DNA of 63,382 nt, filler included, from Stramenopiles sp. TOSAG23-3 (taxonomy: Eukaryota), in the NCBI GenBank assembly GCA_900128585.1. It is 23 parts of 23 records of this genome, joined end to end, with 100 filler letters (N's around TTAATTAATTAA, not from the genome) between each part and the next. Parts side by side here need not be neighbours in the genome. Positions count along the whole stretch, not along the records: positions 19,420 to 22,081 come from LT644659.1; positions 22,182 to 24,843 come from LT644660.1; positions 24,944 to 27,604 come from LT644661.1; positions 27,705 to 30,365 come from LT644662.1; positions 30,466 to 33,123 come from LT644663.1; 18 more parts are not named here. One strand, given 5' to 3'. The first letter of the stretch is position 1; every line of letters begins with the position of its first letter. The translations under genes were made by a program, and so were the position numbers. This document shows positions 20,903 through 31,480 of the stretch, one piece after another. A model generated the notes under the pieces. That model was not told where the DNA came from, made no database searches, and saw only the letters and a list, made by a program, of their open reading frames with translations.

Positions 20903-21966
20903 TGTATGCAATCTGCGTCCCCTTGGGATTGTACATAACACTTATATGGCTGTCACGACGCGCGAAGTTGACCGAACCAGAGTACCGGGAGCGATTCGGC
21001 TGGGTCTACACACGATACAACATTCGATCATGGTGGTGGTTTGCCGTCATAATGGTGCGAAGACTCAGTGCAATTCTGATAAAGAGAATTCCTCCATTTA
21101 TTTGGCCCAGGCAGGAGGACGTGTATAAATTAGCCGTGGCCATGTCCTCTATGAATTTGATAATTGTCGTCTTGGTGTTGGGACTTTTGGTATACGTAAA
21201 GCCATTTTTATGCACGGAGTGCCGACAGAAACTTATAAACGAGCTGGACAAAAGAAAAAGTGGCGGCGATACTTCGAACATGTTGGATTTTCTCAAGCAC
21301 GAAGTGAGCATGATCGGCGCCATACATAATCGGGGCAAAACGGCACAGAGAACCACTGTCCGGCGCCATGCCGTTGTTGGTAGAAATAAATTAAGAAATG
21401 CGAGCGGCGCACTGGCGGCCATGAAACACGCTAAAGGGGTACGTGGGCGACGGGGCGGGGTCGTTGGCGCGCCAAAACTACGCCGGGCCAGCACGGTATC
21501 GCGGTCGTTCTGGGATAAAAAATCCAAAGCGGATGAGGCCAGGCATTGTTTAATGAAAGCAATAAAGAAGGCCAAGAAGTGCTGCATAAATTTTTGCAAG
21601 TTCTTGAAGGAGAAACCGATGTTACAAAATTACGAAAAGTGTCACCATCGTTCGGCCACGGACAAATTCTCTTCCGTGTTGATGGGCATGCAGACTATTG
21701 TTCTCACAGGAATTTTGTTGCTTACTGCGCTGGAAATTGGCACACAAGAAATGACCGATTTTCAGGGCGCCTTTGCCGACTCCGACGAACAACCAAAGCC
21801 TGTCTTGAGTTTCTTTATTGGGTGGCTGATAGTGTTCATCCTTTTCATTCCATTTTTTTACGCCGGAAAGCTAATGCGAAGCGCGTGGAAGGAAATGAAA
21901 GCAGAAAAGAAACAGAAGAGGAAAGCGGAAAAAGGAAAGCAAGGGATCACTGATTTTTTCAGCTGA
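20881..21966 (+). CDS. C-terminal multi-TM region of a large protist membrane protein
   Basis: RFGWVYTRY...WWWFAVIMVRRL motif typical of protist multi-TM C-terminal domains, plus several TM helices. It is in a different frame from the upstream ORF. Confidence 0.65.
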   Translation: MSIPIFLMYAICVPLGLYITLIWLSRRAKLTEPEYRERFGWVYTRYNIRSWWWFAVIMVRRLSAILIKRIPPFIWPRQEDVYKLAVAMSSMNLIIVVLVLGLLVYVKPFLCTECRQKLINELDKRKSGGDTSNMLDFLKHEVSMIGAIHNRGKTAQRTTVRRHAVVGRNKLRNASGALAAMKHAKGVRGRRGGVVGAPKLRRASTVSRSFWDKKSKADEARHCLMKAIKKAKKCCINFCKFLKEKPMLQNYEKCHHRSATDKFSSVLMGMQTIVLTGILLLTALEIGTQEMTDFQGAFADSDEQPKPVLSFFIGWLIVFILFIPFFYAGKLMRSAWKEMKAEKKQKRKAEKGKQGITDFFS

Positions 21967-22265
21967 TTTGTTTGTTAAAAATTTTATCTACACACACATA
22001 TTGACTGAGATTCATTTAACGTGCACACTATTTCCGGTTCTGCACAATTCCTGTATACTCTATGATAGGAAATAAATATAGNNNNNNNNNNNNNNNNNNN
22101 NNNNNNNNNNNNNNNNNNNNNNNNNTTAATTAATTAANNNNNNNNNNNNNNNNNNNNNNNNNNNNNNNNNNNNNNNNNNNNGTAATTAAATTTAGCTTCG
22201 TAGTAGATATTAAAAACAAGAAAATTGGCTGTTATTTAGGTAGAATAGAAGTATTTACGATTTTA

Positions 22266-23324
22266 TTATCCAACACGATAGCATGGGTTCAGACCAATGC
22301 ACACCATTTTCACAATACCCCCACAACTATACGGCGCCTCGTCTGAGACACCGTTGCTTGACCCGGCAGTCTCTTGCACTCCACAATCTGTGTCAAACGA
22401 ACTGCGAGCACTTGGTTCGCTTTCACGAACTGGTAAAACACTGTATGGGACGGCCTCGTCTTTGCATCTTCCTGGTTTATCAAAGACTGAAAGACAACAG
22501 TAGTTTATCTGTATGGATACTGCTATAACTTCCCACACACTTTCTGCTCCACGAAGCCGGATGCGCATATGGGGGGCCAGGTTGACTATAAACCACAGCG
22601 TGCCAAATATCAAATTTGAAACCAAAAGCAAGAGCAGAAATAGCTGGCCCCTTTTAAACCGTATTATGGAATTTTCCGAATCCTCTAAATCGTTGCAGCC
22701 GTATTGGTTGATCAGTGCATAGCGCACCCACTGTACCCCAAAACTGTACATCCAACTAGAAAAAAAATGCACTAACCCAAAGCCGGAGTGAAGCGTGCCC
22801 TGACGATGGGCATGAGTGATAGTCACGATGAACAGGGACAAGTACGAGACGAAACCCAAAGTAGACAACCGGTTCACGGCACCGATCACTTGCTTTTCTC
22901 TGGGGGAGAAGGTGCCCGACCTTTCAGTGCACTTTTCTCCAATGTACAAAGTCACCGACTTTTGAAGTGTGTAAATTAGAAGGAGAGTCAGCAAGGCGGA
23001 GGTTCCCATTCCAAATGCAAACACGAGATTCATTGGTTCGATTTCTGCGGTGACGCTCAAAGGCCGCAACGAGTGGGGGCACTCGCCGTAGCGGTAACAG
23101 CTGTAGAACACCAAGATTCCTATTGTGATATTTGCAAAACTGTGAGCAATGAATAAGCAGGTCCCATGCATGCGCCCCATGAATGGGACTAGAAACCGAT
23201 CTATGTGATGTTCGGATTTCGAACACCAAAGGTTTTGAGTGCCGCCATCCCCGTCCAACGTGCCCTTCTTCATCCTTTCAACGATTTGGGCGGAACACCC
23301 GAACCTTGATAAACGTCTATCCAA
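22266..23324 (-). CDS. Frag1/DRAM/Sfk1 (TMEM150-like) membrane protein
   Basis: About six TM helices, with EPMNLVFAFGM, LHSGFGLVHFF and WEVIAV at family-like spacing. Start codon uncertain. Confidence 0.6.
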   Translation of the reverse strand: MDRRLSRFGCSAQIVERMKKGTLDGDGGTQNLWCSKSEHHIDRFLVPFMGRMHGTCLFIAHSFANITIGILVFYSCYRYGECPHSLRPLSVTAEIEPMNLVFAFGMGTSALLTLLLIYTLQKSVTLYIGEKCTERSGTFSPREKQVIGAVNRLSTLGFVSYLSLFIVTITHAHRQGTLHSGFGLVHFFSSWMYSFGVQWVRYALINQYGCNDLEDSENSIIRFKRGQLFLLLLLVSNLIFGTLWFIVNLAPHMRIRLRGAESVWEVIAVSIQINYCCLSVFDKPGRCKDEAVPYSVLPVRESEPSARSSFDTDCGVQETAGSSNGVSDEAPYSCGGIVKMVCIGLNPCYRVG

Positions 23325-23872
23325 TATCCGAACGCGTACAAAAAAAATCTAGATCAATTGTTTCCCCCGAATCCCTTTTCCAAATTCACCATTCTCAAAT
23401 ATTAAATGTTTAAACGTTAATTTCCGTCTTATTTAAATGTTGGTGCTTATGTTTGGGGATAGCACAAAAAATGTTGAGTGCTGTGGAATCAATCAAATTG
23501 TATCGGATCGATTATTGTTAATATAATAATTATTTTAGTAATAATAGCATTTCTTTTTTATATTTTATTAATAAAATTAAAACGCCCGAGGGAACGGTAG
23601 GCGATATTTTAATTTTTTGAATTACTCTACAAATTTATGTACTTATAGTTGAGATTCTTTTAATGGATTGACTGAATCTTTTGACCGTATTAAAGAAAGT
23701 AGTAAGGCACACAGCAACTCTACGGAAGAGTTGTAAATTGTTTTTTAAGTTTCTTATTAAGTTTACAAAAAATCTGTAATTATCAAATCGATTTCGCTAA
23801 TATTTAGTAATTAGGTTTATGAATAGGGTTATTTGCACATGGTCGCGCATCTCCGAACGTTAACTCAGTAAC

Positions 23873-24843
23873 TCAGTCATCCCAGTCGTTCACGTTTAAA
23901 CCGCCTGTGCTTGGAGGTGCATATGGGTTCAAATGGTTTGGTGGGCGTGCACCGTAAGCTGCTGAGGGTGGAGCCATCCCATAACCAGGTGGTGGCGCGC
24001 CGTGAACGCCCAGCATCCCAGGCTGCTGCGGGTACCCGTAGCCGCCGTACCCTTGAGGGTTCTGCATCTGGAACGGTGGGGCTACGAACGTGGGGGGTGG
24101 GGCCCATTTTCCCGTCAAAAGTGGGGGCGGGGCCTGGTGTTGTGCGGGGGGGGGGCTGGTGTTGTGCGGAAGGGGCCTGGTTCTGTGCGGGAGGCAAGAG
24201 TGCACTAGATGGCGGCCGTGCTGCTTCTTGGCTGCTGGACGTTAGTTCACCGCCGCTGGCGCTGTTTTTCCGGGCCTCTTCTGCCTCCTGTTGCACCATC
24301 CAGGCCGGCTTCATCATTGCTGCCGACCCCCGGCCCCGGCCCCGGACAGGCCCGCCTCCTCGTGCACCCCTTACACCAGCGGGGGCGCGCGCTGAAGGGA
24401 GCATTTGCGGAGCAGATCTGCGAGAGGGCTGCAAGATAGGGGCCAGCTGGGGGGCAGTGCCCCCGCCTTGGTTCCCGGAAGCATTGTTCGGCATCGCCGA
24501 ACCGGCAGCTTGGCGGCTTGTGACCGCCGACGCATCCCCCAGGTCTGCCATAAAGTTTTGAAAGTCTCCGTCCACTTTTTGCTTTTTCTGTGCTATTTCT
24601 TCCGGGGTGTACTTGCAGTCTGCCGTTACGTGGGATGACTCTCCGCATATACTACACTTGATCGTCGGCTTGTTGGCCGCAAGCGTGTCTTTTTGGCGCT
24701 TGGGGCATTCAAAATTCCGATGGCCTGCTTCCCCACAATAATTACAATAATCGTTCTCCCGCAAAGTCCCGTTGATCAAGGCCAACTGCCGCAGCTGCCG
24801 TTGCTTGTGAACGTTCCTGTCGTCGTCCAGCGGGTTCATGATA
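23873..24843 (-). CDS. SF1: Splicing factor 1 / branchpoint-bridging protein, C-terminal half (frameshift at G10 run 24146-24155)
   Basis: QUA2 HKQRQLRQLALINGTLRE and two CCHC knuckles. The Pro/Gly/Tyr-rich tail continues in the 23873..24205 frame. Confidence 0.9.
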
Positions 24844-25257
24844 NNNNNNNNNNNNNNNNNNNNNNNNNNNNNNNNNNNNNNNNNNNNTTAATTAATTAAN
24901 NNNNNNNNNNNNNNNNNNNNNNNNNNNNNNNNNNNNNNNNNNNTTCTGTTTCCTCCTGGATTTCTCCAAGATCTGGACTTCCGCTTCTCTCCTCATCCCT
25001 AACGGGATTTCAGACCACAACAGAAGAAAAAAAAAAAAAGAAGAAGAGAAGAAGAACGAAAGAAGGATTTTTTTTGTTCTTTTCTTCCTTTATTTTGATC
25101 AGTGAGGCGCCAACATTAAAATTGCTGCATTGTCTTTCCAATTTCTGACACTAATGCCACAAGATGAACACCAGTTTAAAAACGGCAATTAGTCTGAATG
25201 CCATCGTTGACAGGATAGCATTTTTTCTCCCCTTCTCCCCGTAGAGGAATTTCTACA

Positions 25258-25878
25258 ATGTCTACCGTAGTGGGACCGATTCAGGAGATCTTGGCAACGG
25301 ACATTCCGTTGTTTGTCAACCGTATTATTCGGGGTTTGAAAGAGAAGTTTGGAATCGATGTCAATAACTACAAAGGGGAAGTGCTAGTGATTGATCATGT
25401 ATGTTGGCGCACTTCTAGTGTTTCAGAGTACATACATATGCGAAAGGAGTTAGAAGAGTGCGGCGCAGAAATGCTTGTGGAAAGCATGATTGGAGGAAGA
25501 CCTATTAGCACTTTTAAATTGAGCCAACCGGTGACGGTGCAACCTTCCGGCCGCTTGATATACTGCCTCGAGCTTCCATGCCCAAAAGAAGGGAAGCACT
25601 ATGATTCCGGCCTAGAGCATTGCGAGTTCGTCTTGCCGAAAGATAGCCCCACGCAGACATTCGACACGACCAAGCCATTGCTGGATCTTAAATCCCATTT
25701 TTCTTCCGTCAATTTTGCACACAACGAAAAAACTATAAACGGCGACCTTCAGCTACAGCTGTCGGACACTACGTCATGCAAGTTTCATTGCAACTCACTT
25801 GAAGAAGTGATACGGTACGAGGTAGAAAACACAATGGTTCACCCCATCCCCCAAGCGTACTTTTCTTCCCATTTGTAA
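25258..25878 (+). CDS. YecM-family (VOC superfamily) metalloprotein
   Basis: IDHVCWRT, ESMIGGRPISTFKL, LELPCPK, GLEHCEFV, KFHCNSLEEVI. Confidence 0.85.
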   Translation: MSTVVGPIQEILATDIPLFVNRIIRGLKEKFGIDVNNYKGEVLVIDHVCWRTSSVSEYIHMRKELEECGAEMLVESMIGGRPISTFKLSQPVTVQPSGRLIYCLELPCPKEGKHYDSGLEHCEFVLPKDSPTQTFDTTKPLLDLKSHFSSVNFAHNEKTINGDLQLQLSDTTSCKFHCNSLEEVIRYEVENTMVHPIPQAYFSSHL

Positions 25879-26245
25879 TGTTCAAGTGGAGGTTCGGCTC
25901 ATGCACAGGTGGTTTTGTGAATATTTCTGTACATATATTATTTCAAATGAGAAAAATAATTTCACTAAAACTTTTTATAAAAAAACAAAATTGTCGTATT
26001 TTCTGTTCAACATAAAATTAGATATGTATGCGAAGAAAAAAACATATTACATATATCATACTGCACTAAGCAGTATAGATGATTGTGCTATACTTCGGTA
26101 AATCAAAATATCTTTTCTTAGCAAACAAATGCTCGCAAGGCTTCCTTATATAAAATACACACAGCTCTTATTTACGTTTTAAAAATATTAAAAGCCCCTT
26201 GGTAATTTCTTTGCGCCAGCTCCAGCTACTACACTACGAGGAGTA

Positions 26246-27505
26246 TTAATCGTCTTTCTCCTTTTTATAATGCCGCCACCACATAATTACTGCAAAAAAT
26301 GCTGCCAGCGTAAGAATAACAATCAAGGCGATTTCACCTCCCAGGAGTTCTTTCGGTGGCTTAAGCGGTTCTTTGTATCCCTGCACGTCCACAACTATGG
26401 AGGGCTCGTCGTTGCCCCATGCCAAGAGCCTTTCCTTTTCGTCGACACTAACGCTCATAAATTTACTCGGCATGAACTTTCCTTCGGAGTACATTCGTCC
26501 TCCACTGACAAGTTCCGGTACAGCATTTAGATCTTTCACTCTGATTTCGATGTCTACCGTAGACGATGGCCCGTTGATTTGTGCACCCGTCAGCGCTGCG
26601 GACTGGAAAACAACCGACTTTGTGAATGGGTCCAACATGGAGTAAAACTTAACGGCCACGCGGCTTTCCCCAATGTCACGCTGCGATACCCACATAGACG
26701 CCCCGGGCCTGCCATTGTTGTACCAGTGGTCAACGGTAGTGTCTTCCAGGCATTGGTTGGTCTTGAATACATTGTTCTCCGAGTTGCTGGCCAGGCCACT
26801 GGATAGGATAGCGTCCGCTGTTGCCGTGGACCCGTTGCATTTTCTTCGCTGTGTGTCCGAAAAACTGCAGGATAGGTTCACTTTCCACACGTACTTACTA
26901 TTCTTCATGTCGAATCGGACGCACGGAGGTACCCCATCTATCTCCACATCGTATACCCCGCGATCTTCTTCAGACAGGCCTTTGCCATTGGACTTTATAC
27001 AATCTTTAATGTTTGGGTTCAGCCACCGAAGCGAACACCGCGTTTTTCTGACCACGTCGCACTTGGGCCCGGACCTGTCCAGGGGGCACGCACAGAAAGA
27101 CACATTGTAAGCCTCAGACTTGCATGGTATCGCAACCAGGGATTCGTTTAGCAAAGGTTTTCCTAACTGTTCCAGAAACGTCTGGTTGGCCAGCTGGGTG
27201 GAGTTGGTGTAGTTGGTATTGTTGATGGTACTAGCGAGTCCCGCTGCAACTCTTGCGGCCCGGACGACCGCTTCGTTCCGCGCCAGCGACACTGCCAACG
27301 CAACCACCTCACTATCCAGCCCACAGACGTAACGAGTCCTTTCTCCCAAAAAATACGTACCACTTCTCGAACACACCGGGGATTTTTTTATTACACTGTC
27401 AACTTTAGCAGTATTCGTCCCATTCTGACTCGCAGCGGTGGTTGCATCTAAAGTCGCCAAAGCGACAAAAACAAGTACCCCTACAAAGCCTCCCCTCCCA
27501 ATCAT
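26246..27505 (-). CDS. Type I membrane protein with EGF-like Cys motif
   Basis: Signal peptide after ATG 27505, CACPLDRSGPKC, a single C-terminal TM and a terminal KEKDD (KxKxx ER-retrieval-like). Confidence 0.7.
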   Translation of the reverse strand: MIGRGGFVGVLVFVALATLDATTAASQNGTNTAKVDSVIKKSPVCSRSGTYFLGERTRYVCGLDSEVVALAVSLARNEAVVRAARVAAGLASTINNTNYTNSTQLANQTFLEQLGKPLLNESLVAIPCKSEAYNVSFCACPLDRSGPKCDVVRKTRCSLRWLNPNIKDCIKSNGKGLSEEDRGVYDVEIDGVPPCVRFDMKNSKYVWKVNLSCSFSDTQRRKCNGSTATADAILSSGLASNSENNVFKTNQCLEDTTVDHWYNNGRPGASMWVSQRDIGESRVAVKFYSMLDPFTKSVVFQSAALTGAQINGPSSTVDIEIRVKDLNAVPELVSGGRMYSEGKFMPSKFMSVSVDEKERLLAWGNDEPSIVVDVQGYKEPLKPPKELLGGEIALIVILTLAAFFAVIMWWRHYKKEKDD

Positions 27506-27704
27506 TTTTCTAATACCACGAAACAATACAAGTGGACGCTCAATGTATCGATGATAGCCTCGTTTAAATTCGCCCATATCTATAATTAATATATTTTGTT
27601 GAATNNNNNNNNNNNNNNNNNNNNNNNNNNNNNNNNNNNNNNNNNNNNTTAATTAATTAANNNNNNNNNNNNNNNNNNNNNNNNNNNNNNNNNNNNNNNN
27701 NNNN

Positions 27705-28497
27705 TCAATGAGACGAAATTACAGAACCAATTTAGGATTAGGGTACGACGAAGCTAAATTTAATTACTTAAATAACAGCCAATCGAGATAGGATTAGGGT
27801 TGGATTTGAAATAGTATTTGATTTAAAATGAGAGTCTTAAAACATAATACTTTTGTTTTTTAATAACAGCCAATTTTCTCTTGTTTTTAAAATATAAAAT
27901 CATATTATGATACAAAAAATTGGCTGTTCTTTTTTAGTAAAAACAAGAAAATTGGCTGTTATTTTATAGTAGTAATTAAAATAATGTAATAAAAGGAAAA
28001 AAGAAGGTGTCAGTTCAAGAACAAGATCTCCTCCTATTGCAGATCCTCCCCAAGTTCTGGTCAAGATCCCAATTGATTGATCTTAAAAGTACACAGCGGC
28101 ATAAATGTTTTTAAAGGAATCAAAATTTATCGTCTTCATGTACCGCGAAAATGAATCTGCTCCTTTTGTCCATTTATTAAAAGGTTTACGTTCCTTCATG
28201 TATGTTACTGCGAACTTATCTCTACTCTTGTGGTTTTATTTTAATTCAATATAACCTTGTCAATTAGTCTAACTATCATTCCCATGTTTACTCCATGCAT
28301 GATCCGAATCGGTAAGTGAATTTGCGTCGATGGCAAATGACCCGTAATCAACTTCCTCATCCGATGTCTCACTCGTGAATGAATCAGTCTTGTATGGTTA
28401 ATAAATTTATCTCAAAGTTAAATAACTGACTAACTTATAATAGTTCGCAGTACATTAATTTTAATTACTCTTAAATAACAGCCAATTTTCTTGTTTT
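27705..28497. mobile_element. Cluster of retroelement 3'-end fragments (subfamilies A, B and C) in both orientations
   Basis: B + 27705-27783, C + 27785-27888, tails - 27913-27965, C 5' piece + ~27991-28090 (matches reverse complement of 52240-52335), A - ~28180-28390 (SDEEVDYGSF...SDHAWS), A tail + 28441-28497. Confidence 0.8.
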
Positions 28498-28574
28498 AAT
28501 AAAATTACTGAAATTTCCACAATTCATGCGTCCTTGCAATATAACCCTTTCTGTGCTGAAACAAATTGTAAACT

Positions 28575-30047
28575 TTAAACTATTTTCACCTCTGCGATAT
28601 CTTGGACACCCTTTTCCTTTGTCAAAAAATGTTTCAAACTTTGCTTGGATGGGTTCAATCCTAAGTCTGCGTCGATTTGAAATATTTCTTGTCCTCCATT
28701 GGAATGCCATACTAGAACCCGGCGGCAATTTATGTCCACTTCCTCTCCTTTCAAATGCCATGGTGTTCGAACCATGTCTAAAAAGTCAAGAGTGCCTGGA
28801 ATGTTGGCACTGACCCAATTGTAAAATTCCAGAAATTCACTTTCCGAAACAGGTTGATCATCTCGTTTGTCAAATCTCGAGATAAATTCGTACTCAGCTT
28901 CCGTCTTAGACATCATCCCTTTCAGTATGACGGGGTGCTCTGTTGTATCGTAGCGATTTCTTATAGTTCTCATGACCACTCGCCCCCACTGGTCTTTATC
29001 AAATGTTCCGAAAGCCTGAAGAACCAAAGCACGCCTAGTCTCGTTCATGTACCCCCGAATACCGAAAAGGAGTTTCTTATACTGAATATTTCCGTAACCA
29101 TCTGCATAAGGCCGAAAGAGTCGCCGGTACTCTTCACTGGTTATCTTTATTTTGTGGTGTGCTAGAATTGTATTCAAAGTGGTTTCCATAAATTGGGGGT
29201 TCAATACCCCTACCCCTTGTTTGTCTTCCATTCCACATCGAGATAATGCAGCCTTTAATGCGTAGAATCCACCAGGCTGTATCTCCAAAAGTTCTCTAAT
29301 TTTGCTGATGTAATAAGAAGCCTGCGTTGTATCCTGGTCGAACAAAGAATTAATAAAAGTTTCGCTATCTAGTTCTCCCAGGTGCTGTATGTCATGCCTT
29401 CGATACAGTGCCCTCAATTCATTAGAAAACTCCATAAAGTTAAGCTTCAAACCAACCGCCTGAACAAAATCGCTTTCTGTTATTTTTCCGGTGTGCATAG
29501 TATCAAAGTCTGTAAAAATTTGAGAAAGGGTCGCTAAAGGGTTGTATCGAAACCTACTAAATATTGCAACTTTTTCCTTCAGGGCCACGTCGATAGCGTC
29601 GACAGAGCGGGACACTATATTCGTTGGGTTTGAAACGTATCCCCAATATTCGTCCATGTCCTCTTGTTTAGACACTTTTATGTTCTGCTCAGTAAATATT
29701 TCAAGTGTGTCGCGGTCTTTGGATTTAAAGGTTGTAGAATACAAACTTTTCCAATTTTCAGGATCAGTTTCGTCGTGAACCAAAGGCTGCTTTAGACCGT
29801 TTCTGATAGACTTCTTTACGTAGTCGTCATAACTCTTTTTGGAGTCAACGTGCTGCTTTTCTGTGTACATTGTTGAAGACGCGTGAGGCAAAATTGCTCG
29901 CAATTTTTCGTCTCCAGTTCTTTTGTTCGGGTCGGGTGGATACCCAATCGGGGAGGATGGTCCCATCCGCATTAACAAGCGCTCCAATTCATCGTGGGGT
30001 AAAGTTTTTAATTCTTTTTCTAATTGTTTTGCTTTCGGGCTAGCCAT
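28575..30047 (-). CDS. Calcyphosin-like EF-hand protein
   Basis: EF-hand-like loops, RGYMNETRRALVLQAFGTFDKD, YDTTEHP and EFLEFYNWVSANI...MVRTPW. Confidence 0.8.
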   Translation of the reverse strand: MASPKAKQLEKELKTLPHDELERLLMRMGPSSPIGYPPDPNKRTGDEKLRAILPHASSTMYTEKQHVDSKKSYDDYVKKSIRNGLKQPLVHDETDPENWKSLYSTTFKSKDRDTLEIFTEQNIKVSKQEDMDEYWGYVSNPTNIVSRSVDAIDVALKEKVAIFSRFRYNPLATLSQIFTDFDTMHTGKITESDFVQAVGLKLNFMEFSNELRALYRRHDIQHLGELDSETFINSLFDQDTTQASYYISKIRELLEIQPGGFYALKAALSRCGMEDKQGVGVLNPQFMETTLNTILAHHKIKITSEEYRRLFRPYADGYGNIQYKKLLFGIRGYMNETRRALVLQAFGTFDKDQWGRVVMRTIRNRYDTTEHPVILKGMMSKTEAEYEFISRFDKRDDQPVSESEFLEFYNWVSANIPGTLDFLDMVRTPWHLKGEEVDINCRRVLVWHSNGGQEIFQIDADLGLNPSKQSLKHFLTKEKGVQDIAEVKIV

Positions 30048-30465
30048 TTTTCCAGCGATGTGTGCGTGGGGCCGGGGGAGGGTAGTGGGGGGGCTTCAAT
30101 CTATGCGTTTGATGCTCGCTCTTCGAAAAACTGTGGGTTTACGCAAACTTTGTGAGTGTAGATGCTTTCCTATTGTTCCGCCACTGCACTATATTACAAC
30201 CGTTCGTGTAACAACCATCGTTATGAAAAGTAGTAACTAATAACAGAGGAACGTGTAATAATTAGGAAGAAGAGGAAGACACATTCGTGTTGGTGTTGTG
30301 CTGTTGCGGTGTTGTTCTTCTCTCCTCTTCCTTCTTTTTTTCTTCTTCTTCTTCTTCTGGTGGGCNNNNNNNNNNNNNNNNNNNNNNNNNNNNNNNNNNN
30401 NNNNNNNNNTTAATTAATTAANNNNNNNNNNNNNNNNNNNNNNNNNNNNNNNNNNNNNNNNNNNN

Positions 30466-30731
30466 TCTATGAGTGGGACACCGGATGAGGAAGTTGATTA
30501 TGGGTCATGTGGAAGCACTGCTAATCCATCTACTGATTCAGATCCTAAATGGAGTACATCTGAAAATGATAGTCAAGACTAAGCGACAAGGGCATATCGA
30601 TTAGTAAAACCAAAAGAGCGAAGATAAGTTCGCAGTTCATGAAGGAATGTAAACCTAGAATGTCTAAATCTAGATTTCAGTTCTCAGTACATTAATTTTA
30701 ATTAGTTAAATAACAGCCAATTTTCTTTTTT
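30466..30731 (+). mobile_element. RLE non-LTR retrotransposon 3' end (subfamily A)
   Basis: Encodes ...DEEVDYGSCGSTANPSTDSD...ENDSQD* and a 3' UTR ending in ttaaataacagccaattttc. It matches the reverse complement of 31481-31750. Confidence 0.8.
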
Positions 30732-30734
30732 GAA

Positions 30735-31465
30735 TTGAGGTGTCGAAGGAGGGTCGTTTAAGTCGGTGTGCGTAATCGGCGTTTGTGGGTGCTGTTCCAA
30801 TGGTGAAGAATCGGCGGGCAATGTAATGGTTGGGAGTCGTTGGCATGCCAGTTGAAGTCTCGTCCTGCTGGCAATGCTTTGGTCCCTTTCCTCTGACGAC
30901 TGTATGGAGGAGTGTACCAGGTACCTCTGTGTCGTCATCCGAGGGTGACACTATTAGGGTCGGGACGTTACTGGATTGCTCGCTACTGGATAGTGTTGAG
31001 GATTGTACTTCCGTGTCATCTTCTGAGGATGACACTGTTAGAGTCTGGACACCACTTACGTCATCGCTGCTGAAATGCTCGTCCCCCGAGCTTTGCGGTT
31101 CTACCTCGACCTCCGAGTCCAAGCTGTCCAAGGCCTGGCTATGGGAGTGCCTGACAAAGGGCGCGTTATCGGCTGCTTTATCGGCATAGTCCATTGGCAG
31201 GGCTGTTGGGACAAAGTCATTGAAAATCCGGATCCGTGATGCTAAGGACTTGGCGACTACATTGAATGTGTTCCGCTGGAAGATTCGCATCCACCAGTCC
31301 ACCCATCTCTGGCGTGCTGCTAGGTAGCTGAGGCTACCGGCGGTGATCGGGGTGGGGAACTTTATTTCCGCAAGGCGGTTAAAGAGGGCCTGGGCCCCCT
31401 CTGAGAAGGCTCCGCTGAGACTCATCCCAAACAGTGCTATTTTGGGGACGCCTTCGCGGGTCTTA
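30735..31465 (-). pseudogene. Second, diverged RLE retrotransposon ORF fragment
   Basis: PKIALFGMSLSGAFS...LSYLAARQRW..RIFQRN is paralogous to 32155-33015. It is frameshifted in the acidic tail and cut at both ends by other copies. Confidence 0.8.
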
Positions 31466-31480
31466 TTTAATACCATATTT

